A stretch of DNA of 64,000 nucleotides, taken from positions 715 to 64,714 of the forward strand of contig JAFTTS010000140.1 of assembly GCA_017466685.1 (NCBI GenBank). Reading direction: 5' to 3'. The translations under genes and the position numbers were made by a program. This document shows positions 8,884-18,483 of this stretch, one piece after another. Positions within the stretch are counted from its first letter, which is position 1. Each line of letters starts with the position of its first letter. This DNA comes from Clostridia bacterium (GTDB lineage: Bacteria; Bacillota; Clostridia; Oscillospirales; CAG-272). Below the pieces are notes generated by a model, which saw only the letters and a list, made by a program, of their open reading frames with translations, made no database searches and was not told the DNA's origin.

Positions 8884-9579
8884 ATGGTGATTTTTATGAA
8901 GAGCTACAAGGAAGTTTTACGCAGATGTCCGCTTTTTCGCGATATTTCGGACGATGAGCTTATACCGATGCTCGGCTGTCTCGGTGCCGATGTACGTGAA
9001 TACAAGCGCGGTGACATGATATTTTCCGAGGGTGACACGGCGAAATTTCTCGGGATCGTTTTATCGGGCGAGGTGCAGATCGAGCAGGTTGATTATTATG
9101 GTAATCGTGATATTGTCGGAAGTGTTGGCGTTGGCGGTATATTCGGTGAGACGTTTGCCTGCGCCAAGGTTGAGTCACTGCCGGTTGATGTTATCTGCGT
9201 TTCGGACTGTGAGATAATGCTTGTCGGAGTTGGCAGGATAACGAAATCGTGCTCAAATGCTTGTGCGTTTCACAGCATGGTTATATACAATCTCATGCAG
9301 ATGGTTGCCGAGAAAAACCTGATGCTTCACAAGAAAATCGAGATAATTTCAAGGCGTACAACCAGGGAAAAATTAATGGCATATCTGCTTTATGAGGCGA
9401 AGCGTGCCGGAAGTGACACATTTGAGATACCGTATGACCGTCAGTCGCTTGCCGATTATCTTGACGTTGACCGAAGCGGACTTTCCGTAGAGATCAGCAA
9501 GCTGCGTGCCGAGGGTATCATCGAAGCGGACAAGAAGCACTTTACGCTTTTGACAGGGGAATTTGAAATGAAGGAATAA
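8884..9579 (+). CDS. Crp/Fnr family transcriptional regulator
   Basis: N-terminal cNMP-binding-like beta-roll (FSEGDTAKFLGIVLSGEV...GGIFGE) and a C-terminal HTH (SLADYLDVDRSGLSVEISKLRAEGII). An alternative start exists at ATG 8896. Confidence 0.85.
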   Translation: MVIFMKSYKEVLRRCPLFRDISDDELIPMLGCLGADVREYKRGDMIFSEGDTAKFLGIVLSGEVQIEQVDYYGNRDIVGSVGVGGIFGETFACAKVESLPVDVICVSDCEIMLVGVGRITKSCSNACAFHSMVIYNLMQMVAEKNLMLHKKIEIISRRTTREKLMAYLLYEAKRAGSDTFEIPYDRQSLADYLDVDRSGLSVEISKLRAEGIIEADKKHFTLLTGEFEMKE

Positions 9580-9618
9580 TAAAAAGCGCACGGAAAATTA
9601 AAGCTCCGTGCGTTTTCG
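9577..9618. terminator. bidirectional terminator between convergent genes
   Basis: 8-bp stem CGCACGGA/TCCGTGCG (9587-9594 / 9605-9612), with an A-run upstream and TTTT downstream. Confidence 0.65.
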
Positions 9619-9628
9619 TATATGTTTG

Positions 9629-10714
9629 TCAGATAATGTCAACAGACTTGCCTGTTCTTGCCGATTCGTAAAGTCCCTCGAGGATCTTCATGATAACAAC
9701 GCCGTCCTCTGCGGGGGAGATACACTTGGTGCCGTTAAGACAGCAGTCAACAAAGTGATCGATCTCTGCCCGGAAGCCTTCCTTAGCTTCGTTGTAGTTG
9801 TCCACATCCTTGATCTCGGAATTGACCATGAAGCCGTTAACGTCGGTGTAATACATCATTGTGTCGAGGTTCAGACCGCCCTTGGTTCCGTAAAGAATGC
9901 GACCGTTGCCGCCATCCTGAGTGCTTCTGCCGTCGTGGAGGCTATACGAGCACTCAAGCAGAGTCGATGCACCGTTTTCGTAACGGATGATACCGACTGC
10001 ACTCGATTCAACGTCACAAACATCCTTCTTGGGATCGGCACCCTCGGGAGCCCAGCCAACGTGAGTCTTGAGGTTAGCACGGTCTTCGTGAAGCTCGTTT
10101 GCCGCAACACAGTATACCGAAACAGGCTTCGGATTGCCCATGAGATAACGGGTGAGGTCAAGCGGATGTACACCGATATCGATGATAGGTCCGCCGCCCG
10201 AACGCGACTTATCGGAGAACCAACCGCCGGGGTTACCGTGACGGCGTACATATGTAGCCTTAGTGTAGTAAATATTGCCGAGATAGCCGTTGTCGATGAA
10301 GTCCTTTGCGATACGCGACTGATTTGAGAAGCGTGTTACAAAGCCAAGCATGAGGAGCTTACCGTTCTTGTCGGCGGTGTCCTTCATCTCCTGCGCTTCT
10401 GCCGCGGTCATTGCCATGGGCTTTTCGCAGAGTACATTGAGACCTGCGTTGAGAGCGGCGATGGTGCACTCAGCGTGAGAGCAGTTCCATACGCAAACGT
10501 CAGCTGCGTCAAGCTCCACACTTGCGAGCATTTCGTCGACGCTTGTGAAACGTGCTTCAATATTGTGCTTATCGGCAAACTTGTTAAGCTTTTCCGCATC
10601 GATATCGCAGACAGCGGCGATTTCAACGTTGGGATTTGCCTCGTAACGGGTGATGTGTGTTTCGCCGATATTGCCTGTACCGATGAGTGCAACTCTTAAT
10701 TTTTTCATGTTCAT
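9629..10714 (-). CDS. Gfo/Idh/MocA family oxidoreductase
   Basis: N-terminal Rossmann motif LRVALIGTGNIGETH and the EKPMA motif, at the typical ~360 aa length. Confidence 0.9.
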   Translation of the reverse strand: MNMKKLRVALIGTGNIGETHITRYEANPNVEIAAVCDIDAEKLNKFADKHNIEARFTSVDEMLASVELDAADVCVWNCSHAECTIAALNAGLNVLCEKPMAMTAAEAQEMKDTADKNGKLLMLGFVTRFSNQSRIAKDFIDNGYLGNIYYTKATYVRRHGNPGGWFSDKSRSGGGPIIDIGVHPLDLTRYLMGNPKPVSVYCVAANELHEDRANLKTHVGWAPEGADPKKDVCDVESSAVGIIRYENGASTLLECSYSLHDGRSTQDGGNGRILYGTKGGLNLDTMMYYTDVNGFMVNSEIKDVDNYNEAKEGFRAEIDHFVDCCLNGTKCISPAEDGVVIMKILEGLYESARTGKSVDII

Positions 10715-10734
10715 TACCTCTCGTTTTTGTTTAC

Positions 10735-11586
10735 TTATTTAATAATACCACGCAGGAAATCAGCCGCTAACGTGATATCAGCTTCGGGAGTCGGGCCGAC
10801 CTCACGCTCGATTGTGAGGTAACCGCGGTAACCGATGTCCTCAAGTGCCGCAAGGTAAGCCGGGAAGTCAACGTCGCCTGTTCCGAGCGGTACTTCCTCG
10901 AAGAATTTCGTGTTTCTGATTTCTTCGGGAACGGGATGAACGACATGGTAAATATATTCGGGATTGCCGTCAGCAAGCTTTACACCGTCCTTTGCATGGG
11001 TGTGTACGATGTAATCCTTGAGGGTGTAAACAGCCTTGACGGGATCATCACCTGTAACCATTGCAAGATTTGCCGGGTCAAGGTTTACAGCAACGCCCTT
11101 TGAACCGAGGCTGTCGAGGAAGGTTTTGAGAGTTGCGGCGGTTTCAGGACCTGTTTCGATTGCGAAATGTGCATCGAGCGAGTCTGCATAATCTGCGAGC
11201 TCCTTGCAAGCCTCCTGCATGATTTTGTAACGGTCGTGGTTCGGATCTTCGGGAACGACGCCGATATGCGTTGTAACAATATTGCAGTCGAGCTCCTTTG
11301 CGAGGTCAAGGATACGCTTGGATATTTCGATGCTCTCGGGGTTAAGCGCGGGATTGCCGAAGCCGCGTCCGTGGTCACCGCAGAGAGCGGAGAAAACAAG
11401 ACCGTTATCCTTTACGTATTTAAGCAGCTCACGTGCCTTTGCACCGGAGAGATTTTCGGGTGCGTTTTCACCCTTGGTCGCGTACATCTGGATGCCGTTA
11501 AGTCCAAGCTCTGCCGCCTTTTTTACAGCATCATAGGTGGGCAGACGGAACGATTCGAGAACTACGCCGATCGGAAACTTATACAT
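10735..11586 (-). CDS. sugar phosphate isomerase/epimerase (xylose-isomerase-like TIM barrel)
   Basis: 283 aa with the family-typical segments AIETGPE and HTHAKDG...YLTIERE. It shares an operon with the Gfo/Idh/MocA gene. Confidence 0.8.
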   Translation of the reverse strand: MYKFPIGVVLESFRLPTYDAVKKAAELGLNGIQMYATKGENAPENLSGAKARELLKYVKDNGLVFSALCGDHGRGFGNPALNPESIEISKRILDLAKELDCNIVTTHIGVVPEDPNHDRYKIMQEACKELADYADSLDAHFAIETGPETAATLKTFLDSLGSKGVAVNLDPANLAMVTGDDPVKAVYTLKDYIVHTHAKDGVKLADGNPEYIYHVVHPVPEEIRNTKFFEEVPLGTGDVDFPAYLAALEDIGYRGYLTIEREVGPTPEADITLAADFLRGIIK

Positions 11587-11739
11587 AGTGATTCTCCTTA
11601 TTTAAAAATTTTACCTTTGAATTAACTTTTTTCTATAAGCCTCTTGCATTTTCCTTGTGCTTATTATATAATAATTGCAGGAGTATTTCAATAAATAATA
11701 TTGCTTACATTTAACACAATATTGCTTTTGGGGGATATT

Positions 11740-12597
11740 ATGAGTAGTTGCAATCCATGTATACCGGACTGCTTTGACGATGAACCTGCAGCATCGGGAG
11801 AGAAGCGGAATTATGAATCTCACATCCTGTCCGATCCGTCAAAACCTTACCTTTTTCATGCAGGAAATCGTTACACAATGCCGCACTGGCACGAAAATAT
11901 AGAAATTCTTTATTTTTACGGTGACGGCGGAATGGTTTGTGACCGTACCTCATATGAGGTTCATGCGCACGATATTGCGGTTTTTAATTCAAACACACTT
12001 CATTCTGTTCCGCTCTCGAGCCCGGTGGCACACGACTGTCTTATCATTGACAGCGGATTTCTTGCAAAATGTGACATACCTATTGCCGAAACCAAGTTTG
12101 ACTGTATCATTCGTGATGAGGAAGCCAAGCGGCGTTATCTTGAAGCTGCGAAAACGATTGTACAGCGTGAAGAGGGGGACAGTCCGTTCGGTGCGGCGAT
12201 GGTGAAATCGGCGATACTTTCATTTATGGTATATCTATGCTGTAATTTCTCGCAAAAGGACACCTGTGAGCAGGCACACGGAGATTCGGTGAAGCGTGCG
12301 CTCGGTTACATCAAGTCGCATTTTGACGAGCCGTTAACGATTGACCGTATTGCAGACAGCGTGAACGTCAGCAAGTATTATTTTTGTCGTGAGTTTCACC
12401 GAGAAACGGGATTTACGGTTGTGAGATACATAAACAATCTGCGTTGTCGTGAGGCGGAAAAGCTGCTCCGTGACGGGAAATATACGGTCGGAGAGGTTGC
12501 GAGGATGTGCGGTTTTGAGAATCTGTCATATTTCACGAGGACATACAAGGCCATCATCGGTCACACGCCAACCGAGTCGCGTAATGCACAGGAATAG
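11740..12597 (+). CDS. AraC family transcriptional regulator (cupin sensor plus HTH)
   Basis: C-terminal AraC HTH (SKYYFCREFHRETGFTVVRYINNLRCREAEKLL...NLSYFTRTYKAIIGHTP). It is divergent from the sugar operon. ATG 11740 is preceded by GGGGGA. Confidence 0.85.
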   Translation: MSSCNPCIPDCFDDEPAASGEKRNYESHILSDPSKPYLFHAGNRYTMPHWHENIEILYFYGDGGMVCDRTSYEVHAHDIAVFNSNTLHSVPLSSPVAHDCLIIDSGFLAKCDIPIAETKFDCIIRDEEAKRRYLEAAKTIVQREEGDSPFGAAMVKSAILSFMVYLCCNFSQKDTCEQAHGDSVKRALGYIKSHFDEPLTIDRIADSVNVSKYYFCREFHRETGFTVVRYINNLRCREAEKLLRDGKYTVGEVARMCGFENLSYFTRTYKAIIGHTPTESRNAQE

Positions 12598-12626
12598 TCA
12601 AAATTCGACAAAATACCGCGATGTTA

Positions 12627-12655
12627 TTGACAAACGCAAAAATTTTTGTTATAAT
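12627..12655 (+). promoter_or_regulatory. sigma-A-type promoter of mscL
   Basis: TTGACA (12627-12632), a 17-nt spacer, then TATAAT (12650-12655). Confidence 0.65.
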
Positions 12656-12693
12656 CGAAGCTGTAATAAATTAATATATTTTGGAGGCTAATC

Positions 12694-13239
12694 ATGGCAA
12701 AGATCAAGGATAAGCTCGGAAAGGTTACATTCTTTTCCGATTTCAAGGCGTTCATCACAAAGGGCAACGTGCTCGATATGGCAGTCGGTGTTGTTATCGG
12801 CGGTGCATTTGGCAAGATCGTAACCGGACTTGTTAACAATATCATCAATCCCGTTATAGCTTGTCTTACAGGCAGCGGCTCGATGGATGGATGGAAGATT
12901 ACACTTCGTGAAGCAGTTCCTGCTGACGAGGTGGCAGGCACAGCAGAGGTTGCCGAAGTTGCTATTACATACGGCACATGGCTTCAGACAATTATTGATT
13001 TTCTGATAGTTGCACTTTGCGTATTTGTTGCGGTACGCTGCATCAAGTCGCTTGAGAGAAAGCTCAACGCTAAGGCAATTGAAAAGGCTGAGGCTGAGGC
13101 GGCTGAGAAGAAGGCTGCAGAGGATGCCGCTGCTGCAGAGGCTAAGGCTGCAGAGGATGCAAAGCTTGCCGCTGAAAAAGCTGCACTCGAGGAGTTCTAC
13201 GCTAACATCCGTGAGATCAGAGATTCGCTTAAGAAGTAA
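12694..13239 (+). CDS. mscL: large-conductance mechanosensitive channel MscL with an extended Ala/Glu/Lys-rich C-terminus
   Basis: FKAFITKGNVLDMAVGVVIGGAFGKIV...NNIINP is the MscL TM1 signature. At 181 aa it is longer than usual because of an AEAAEKKAAEDAAAAEAKAAEDAKLAAEKAALEE segment. Confidence 0.9.
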   Translation: MAKIKDKLGKVTFFSDFKAFITKGNVLDMAVGVVIGGAFGKIVTGLVNNIINPVIACLTGSGSMDGWKITLREAVPADEVAGTAEVAEVAITYGTWLQTIIDFLIVALCVFVAVRCIKSLERKLNAKAIEKAEAEAAEKKAAEDAAAAEAKAAEDAKLAAEKAALEEFYANIREIRDSLKK

Positions 13240-13245
13240 ACGATC

Positions 13246-13280
13246 GGGACTGTCTTTTTGAGAGGCAGTCCCATTTATTT
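13246..13280 (+). terminator. intrinsic terminator of mscL
   Basis: Stem GGGACTGTC/GGCAGTCCC (one G.U) followed by ATTTATTT. Confidence 0.6.
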
Positions 13281-13295
13281 ATTCCGCCAATTCTA

Positions 13296-13845
13296 ACTTC
13301 AGCCGCGTCAGCGGCGTTTCCGCGCTAAAGAAACAATGAAGCCACTGAGCCGCCGACGCAGCTGGCGGTGGACGAACGGTTACAGTGACAAAGCGAATTG
13401 TGAGCGTTAGCGAACTGAGCGCAATTCGAGCGCAGGCAAAGGAAAGAGGGAGAGCTCGAGAGGGAAGAAAAACATCGCGCAGCGTTGGTTGTCGTCCCTC
13501 TCGAATGATACGAAGCTCGAAGCGGCATACTTTGAAGAAAGCTTTTCTCCGATATGAGCATAAAAGTTACTTTTATCCCGGATAACGAAAGAATATACGA
13601 ATTTTTTTTAGATTTCGAATCATTTTTCGAGTAATTCGAGGGACATAGGAACCAGCTGCCGCAGTTTCCTATTCCCCTCGAGCTCCCCTTTGCACCTCCT
13701 TGGCTGGGCTCGATTTGCGCTCAACTCCGCCTTACGGCTCCGGATTCGCTTTGTCACTGTAACCGTTCGTCCACCGCCAGCTGCGTCGGCGGCTCAGTGG
13801 CTTCATTGTTTCTTTAGTGCAGAGACGCCGCTGCGCGGCTGAAGT
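13296..13845. repeat. locus A of an interspersed structured repeat family: ~550-bp palindrome (two units head to head)
   Basis: 13325-13398 is the exact reverse complement of 13744-13817 (74 bp). Imperfect complementarity continues outward to 13296/13845 and inward to a centre near 13570-13620. Sequence is shared with the loci at 27.4, 40.3 and 47.3 kb. Confidence 0.9.
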
Positions 13846-13852
13846 TACTGAT

Positions 13853-13900
13853 GCAAAACAAGGGAGCTGCCCGTTTTAGTGGACAGCTCCGATTTTTTTA
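13853..13900. terminator. terminator of the SLH-protein gene (bidirectional shape)
   Basis: Stem GGAGCTG/CAGCTCC (13863-13869 / 13884-13890), with T-rich tracts on both strands. It lies 2 nt beyond the stop codon. Confidence 0.6.
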
Positions 13901-13901
13901 T

Positions 13902-16685
13902 TTATTCAACTGTGAATTCAACGAAGAAGCCAACGCCGTTTACCTCAAAGAGGAGTACATAATCGCCTGCTTCGAGAGCGGTGTCGGGAGTGATCTCGAA
14001 CGAGAAGTTTACGCCGGGAAGCTTAGCTTCGGTGAATTCCGAGATGTCAAGTTCTTCGTATTCCTCTGCTTCTGCGTCGAAGCTGTAGAGTGCGGACATT
14101 TCGAAGCTGTCAACATCCTTGAGGGTGTCAACTGCGGATACGGTGATCTTTCCCTCTGCATAGCTTGCATCAAAGCTTGCCGCACCAAGAAGAATTATCG
14201 AGGTTACCTTTCCGTCCTTGACGAGGAACTCGACATTGCCCATGAATGCATCTGCAAGTGTGATTATGGTAACGGTCTTGTCGGAATTGAGCTCGGTCAC
14301 CTTGATGCCGTCTGCAATACCGAAGGTTTCGCCGCCGATGGTTACTGTTGTCTTGGTGTAACCCGATACAACGCCGCTTGCTATGGATGCTTCCGCTGCG
14401 GAGATAAGGCTCTCTGCATCGATGAGGTAGTTCTTGCCTGCGACGAGCTCATCACTCTTTGAGTACATTTCCTTGATTTCGCCCGTTGCGAGGTCAAGTA
14501 CGGTGTAAGTGCTTAAAACTGTGCCGTCAACAAGCTCATGACCGGTGCTCTCGAGTACCTTGACACTGCTCTGGGTTGTAACGGTGTCGCCGAGAGAGCC
14601 GTCGGAAACGTAGAGGTAACGCAGGGTTTCAACCGAACCGATCTCATTGGTGAAAATAGCGGTTACGTATGCGCCGTCTCTGACTGTGATGCCCGACTTA
14701 TATGTGCCGGTGATGACAGAGTGAGTTGTGCCGTTCTTTACGATGATAAGTGTGTCATCGTTCATTACGAATCTTACAGAGGATTCGTCATTTCCTGTGG
14801 AGGTCTTGGAATCAGCACTGCCTGCCGAGATCGTGTGGTACGAGCCGGAGGGTGCAATGGTTGTCGAATCGGCGCTGTCGATGATGAACGCAATTTCGTC
14901 GTTCTTACTGTTTGACTGTACAAATTTATCTTCGCCGGATACGATGGTGCCGCCGCTTGTTGTTGCGGGAATAAGTGTGAATGTGCCGTCAGCGCTTGTT
15001 ACATAGCGATATACCTCGCCTGCGTTTACAACACGGTTGGTTACGAAGATCGTTTCTGCCACACCGTCAATAAGTGCTTCTACTGCGTAACCGAGCTTGC
15101 CTTCCACGAATACGGGAGTCGTGCCGCTCTGTGCAACAAGATACTTCGAGGGTGCGCCGATTACAGTGGTTGCGGTGTCAACTGCGAGAATGATATCGCC
15201 GAATACGACAACGCGTACTGCCGCACCGACTGTGAGCTGTTCACGTATGGATTCTGCGCTCACTCCGAGCTTTTCACTTCCGAGAGTATAGCTCTTGCCG
15301 TCGATGGTTGCGGTGGTCTTGGTCAGACGTGTGATCTTGCCGGGCTCGGTTATCGGAAGGACTGCCGAAAGCTCGAGTGTCTTACCGCTCTCGTTGAAAT
15401 AGTAGAGAACATAGTCGCCGTTTGCTGCCTTGCTCTCGTCGATGATGGAGAGGTCGGTTTCCTTCATGCCGCCGGCGAGATTTACCTTACCGTTCTTTAT
15501 TTCAAGCTTGCCGAATGCGAAGGGCTTGATTATAAGGCGGTCTGCGGTTGTGCTGTTCTTATCATCGAAGATAAGCTCTGCATCATATGCGCCGAGAAGA
15601 TCGGAGAGTGCTGCATTTGTTGTGATCTGTGTAAGAGATGCGTCCTTGTCGTAAGCGTAAACAAGAAGCTCGTTTGCGTTGGTTGCAAGTGCATCGGAGA
15701 GGGTTTCGACAACCTGGTATTTAACGCCGCCGATCTCGATATGTGCATTGTTCTTGCCGGGGGTTATAACCTCTGCGGCTTCACTCTTACCAAGCTCTGT
15801 GCAGCCGAGTACACTTACGAGCTTTGTCTTTTCGTCGCGCTTGTAAACCAGCTTGTAATTCTTGCCGAGATGCTCGTCTGCCTCACCCTCGAGTGCAAGC
15901 TCTGCGTATTTAACGGTGAGGAAGCCGTCCTCGGTGTGAACGGTTACATAGCCGTCCTTGGTTACGGTGTCAACGCCCTCAAGTGCGAAATGGTTGGTTG
16001 CAACGATGACGCTTTCATCAATTGTATAACCGAACACACGCTCGATGATCGTTGTGGATTCATAGAAGGTCATACCGTTGGATGCGGTTCTCGGAATGAG
16101 GTACTCCGCCGTGAGTGCATTGTAGAGGAGTGCGGAAACCTCGGAACGGGTGAGCTCCTTGGTGTAAGCGAGCTCCTCAATGCCGTCATCGAGACCGAGC
16201 TTGACTGCCGCATCGATGTAAGTCCAGGGGTAACCGCCGTTCATCTGGATCGAGCTGTGGCCGAGTGCACGAACGAGCATGGTCATCGCGTCCTGGAGCA
16301 TGATTCCGCCCTGAGGTGTGAAGGTTGAGTCGCTTGTACCGATGATGTAACCCGAAGCGTTTGCCCATGAGATAGCACCGCTGTAGGTGTCATTTGAAAG
16401 GTCGGTGAAGGGGGAAGTGTTTATTGTTCCCGCGGTGTCTTTGCCGATCATGAGTCTAAAGAGAAGCAGTGCCATCTGCTCACGGGTGACTTTTTCGTCG
16501 GGCGAAAATTCGGTTTCGCTTGTACCCTTTATAACTCCGATATCGGAAAGAATTTCGATTTGCTCTGCGTATCTGTCGGTTGATGCAACGTCATCGTACG
16601 ACTTCGCAAAGGCTCCGGTCGCCATTGTGGCAGTGAGCATTACAGTTGCCAGCGAGCCGGATATGAATCTTTTCAGATTTTTCAT
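13902..16685 (-). CDS. SLH-domain cell-surface (S-layer-associated) protein
   Basis: Signal peptide ending ...ATGAFA, then three SLH-like repeats (YDDVASTDRYAEQIEILSDIGVIKG..., FTDLSNDTYSGAISWANASGYIIG..., YIDAAVKLGLDDG...) and a ~700-aa T/S/V/G-rich beta-type region. Confidence 0.85.
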   Translation of the reverse strand: MKNLKRFISGSLATVMLTATMATGAFAKSYDDVASTDRYAEQIEILSDIGVIKGTSETEFSPDEKVTREQMALLLFRLMIGKDTAGTINTSPFTDLSNDTYSGAISWANASGYIIGTSDSTFTPQGGIMLQDAMTMLVRALGHSSIQMNGGYPWTYIDAAVKLGLDDGIEELAYTKELTRSEVSALLYNALTAEYLIPRTASNGMTFYESTTIIERVFGYTIDESVIVATNHFALEGVDTVTKDGYVTVHTEDGFLTVKYAELALEGEADEHLGKNYKLVYKRDEKTKLVSVLGCTELGKSEAAEVITPGKNNAHIEIGGVKYQVVETLSDALATNANELLVYAYDKDASLTQITTNAALSDLLGAYDAELIFDDKNSTTADRLIIKPFAFGKLEIKNGKVNLAGGMKETDLSIIDESKAANGDYVLYYFNESGKTLELSAVLPITEPGKITRLTKTTATIDGKSYTLGSEKLGVSAESIREQLTVGAAVRVVVFGDIILAVDTATTVIGAPSKYLVAQSGTTPVFVEGKLGYAVEALIDGVAETIFVTNRVVNAGEVYRYVTSADGTFTLIPATTSGGTIVSGEDKFVQSNSKNDEIAFIIDSADSTTIAPSGSYHTISAGSADSKTSTGNDESSVRFVMNDDTLIIVKNGTTHSVITGTYKSGITVRDGAYVTAIFTNEIGSVETLRYLYVSDGSLGDTVTTQSSVKVLESTGHELVDGTVLSTYTVLDLATGEIKEMYSKSDELVAGKNYLIDAESLISAAEASIASGVVSGYTKTTVTIGGETFGIADGIKVTELNSDKTVTIITLADAFMGNVEFLVKDGKVTSIILLGAASFDASYAEGKITVSAVDTLKDVDSFEMSALYSFDAEAEEYEELDISEFTEAKLPGVNFSFEITPDTALEAGDYVLLFEVNGVGFFVEFTVE

Positions 16686-16758
16686 AGCTTTGGATTTCCT
16701 CCGTGATAATATGATTCACGGCTTGGCTCGGTTTGTGCCGTCCTTGCCGCGTGAATAT

Positions 16759-16787
16759 ATGATACCATACGTAGCCGGGAAAATCAA
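16759..16787 (-). promoter_or_regulatory. sigma-A-type promoter of the SLH-protein gene
   Basis: On the minus strand, TTGATT (16787..16782), a 17-nt spacer, then TATCAT (16764..16759). It is followed by a ~70-nt 5' UTR containing a hairpin (TTCACGCGGC...GCCGTGAA). Confidence 0.55.
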
Positions 16788-16885
16788 TATTTTTTGTGCA
16801 TATGTTATAAAACCGTTATCGCAGTTCATGGATAATATATTTAATATGAATAATATTCCAATTCTGTAAACGAAACGGATAATAA

Positions 16886-16942
16886 GCACAAAAATATCCC
16901 TGCGCAGCCATGACGTACACAGGGATATCGTTTATTTTTTTA
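16886..16942. terminator. bidirectional terminator after the lipoprotein gene
   Basis: 9-bp stem ATATCCCTG/CAGGGATAT (16894-16902 / 16920-16928), with A/T runs on both sides. Confidence 0.65.
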
Positions 16943-16950
16943 ATGCTTGC

Positions 16951-17439
16951 TTACTTGCCGAGAAGTGTGTTCTCAATTGCCGTGAATACATCGGTTTTTG
17001 CATCCTCGGAAAGGATAGCGTAAACGACATATCTGCCGAACACCTTTACCTCTGCATTTTCAACCTTGGGAAATTCCTCGGGCATATATTCGGGCATCCA
17101 TTCTTCAACGCGTCTGCCGAGATATGTTTCCACGGTTTCTTTTATAGCTTCAACATCATCGTCCGAGGGGGCTTTGAATATGCCGTATTCATCGATGACG
17201 TTGATCTTGACAGCATAATCTTCAATTGCCGATAAATCAATTTCCATTCTGTTTGTAATATACGACTCTGAAATGTCGGTGTATTTATCGCTTTCGGTTA
17301 AAGCTGCATCGGCACAGGCGGCGAGATCACTGACTGCGATATCTGCCGAATATGATACGGTTTCTCCGCAGGACGTGAGAAGTGCTGTCGGAATGAGCAT
17401 TGCAGCGGCTAAAATTATTGAAATAAGACGGGTTTTCAT
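16951..17439 (-). CDS. small lipoprotein (DUF4358-like, from memory)
   Basis: Lipobox ALLTSC|GE; 162 aa; acidic. It lies immediately downstream of the SGNH hydrolase gene. Confidence 0.55.
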   Translation of the reverse strand: MKTRLISIILAAAMLIPTALLTSCGETVSYSADIAVSDLAACADAALTESDKYTDISESYITNRMEIDLSAIEDYAVKINVIDEYGIFKAPSDDDVEAIKETVETYLGRRVEEWMPEYMPEEFPKVENAEVKVFGRYVVYAILSEDAKTDVFTAIENTLLGK

Positions 17440-17460
17440 GATAAATTTTCCTTTCGGTTT

Positions 17461-18459
17461 TTAATCGGTATAAGCGTGTGTTCGCAGATTGTTAAGTTCA
17501 AGCGTGAACGATTCGGTGTGCAGGTGAATGCCGTCACCGTTGTGGTAGCTTTCGGGTAACCAGCCTTCACTGTCGCAGAGGACGGAATATGTGTCTATAA
17601 ACTTAACGCCGACCTCGTCTGCAACCTCAAGTATCCACTCGTTTGCCGCACGTATTTTTTCATTGTTGATTGACTTGATATGAGGATAACTTCTTGCAAC
17701 GGGGAAGATCGACTGACAGATTATTTTCGTTTCGGGACTTGCCTTCATTATCGTTTCAAGCATACCCTTATATTCCGCCTTGAAATAATCCTCTCCCATG
17801 AACGATACGCCGTTAACGCCGAGGGTTATTACGAGATATTCGGGCTTTTTACGTGATACGGCTTCCTCTATTGTGATCTGCTCTCCCGTTTCGGGGTACA
17901 CGATCGTTTCAAACGAAACATTTGAGAGAGTGAGCGTTCCGCTTTTTGGTGTCCAGACCTGTGTTGTGTTCTTTCCGCCATTCAGCATTCCGTAGGCGCG
18001 AAGTCCGTTTGTCGTGGAGTCGCCGAGGAATACCATCTTGTCAATATAAGCCTTGCCTGCATCCGCTGTGACGCCGAGCACTGTATCCGGATATTTTGCG
18101 AGAGTCTCTGCCCATTCGGCACTTACGTTTTTCGAGGGAACCGCAACAGTGGGTTCGTTCGGATTTGACGGTGTGGGCGGTGCTGTTGTTTCGGGTGCTT
18201 TGGTCGTTTCGGGTGGGAGTGTTGTGACTTCGGAGTCGGTTGTATCGGGCGTTTCTTCGAAGTCGATGAGTTCGGATGTGTCGATTGGAGTGGGGACTGT
18301 CGGCGTGTTGACGATAGCCGAGTCCGAGCTTTCCGTTTTCACATTTGTGCCCACGATCGAGGCGCCTATGATCATAACGATCAGAACCGCGATAATGATG
18401 AATACCGCGAATGCCGCGATTTTATACAGGGTTACCTCGTCGTTATTGTTCCTGTTCAC
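17461..18459 (-). CDS. membrane-anchored SGNH/GDSL-family hydrolase
   Basis: N-terminal TM anchor and a Thr/Pro-rich linker. Block I is FLGDSTTNG, and the C-terminal GDGIHL is the block V D-x-x-H. Confidence 0.8.
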   Translation of the reverse strand: MNRNNNDEVTLYKIAAFAVFIIIAVLIVMIIGASIVGTNVKTESSDSAIVNTPTVPTPIDTSELIDFEETPDTTDSEVTTLPPETTKAPETTAPPTPSNPNEPTVAVPSKNVSAEWAETLAKYPDTVLGVTADAGKAYIDKMVFLGDSTTNGLRAYGMLNGGKNTTQVWTPKSGTLTLSNVSFETIVYPETGEQITIEEAVSRKKPEYLVITLGVNGVSFMGEDYFKAEYKGMLETIMKASPETKIICQSIFPVARSYPHIKSINNEKIRAANEWILEVADEVGVKFIDTYSVLCDSEGWLPESYHNGDGIHLHTESFTLELNNLRTHAYTD

Positions 18460-18483
18460 GTGTACTGCTCCTTTCGGGCGGTT

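Noticed and set aside
9608-10327. A 239-aa plus-strand ORF antisense to the Gfo/Idh/MocA gene. Similar long antisense ORFs occur at 13851-14462, 19576-20067, 23430-24143, 33095-34054, 44774-45352 and 63106-63927.
   Set aside because: Each lies fully inside a well-supported gene on the other strand. They have low-complexity (Ser/Arg/Cys-rich) composition, no SD and no recognisable motif. These are typical shadow ORFs caused by the codon bias of the real gene.
13385-13585. Arg/Lys-rich small ORFs inside the repeat units: MTKRIVS...KERGRAREGRKTSRSVGCRPSR at 13385-13585, a 42-codon version at 27607-27735, and the 98-aa ORF at 47284-47580.
   Set aside because: The copies differ by frame-shifting indels. 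The C-locus copy has an early stop, start codons differ (GTG/ATG/none) and there is no SD. Conservation follows hairpin pairing rather than codon structure. This is most likely non-coding.
13296-13845. A CRISPR array as an explanation for the repeated intergenic sequences.
   Set aside because: There are no short direct repeats at regular 60-70 bp spacing. The copies are ~300 bp, dispersed over 34 kb, in both orientations, and no cas genes are present.
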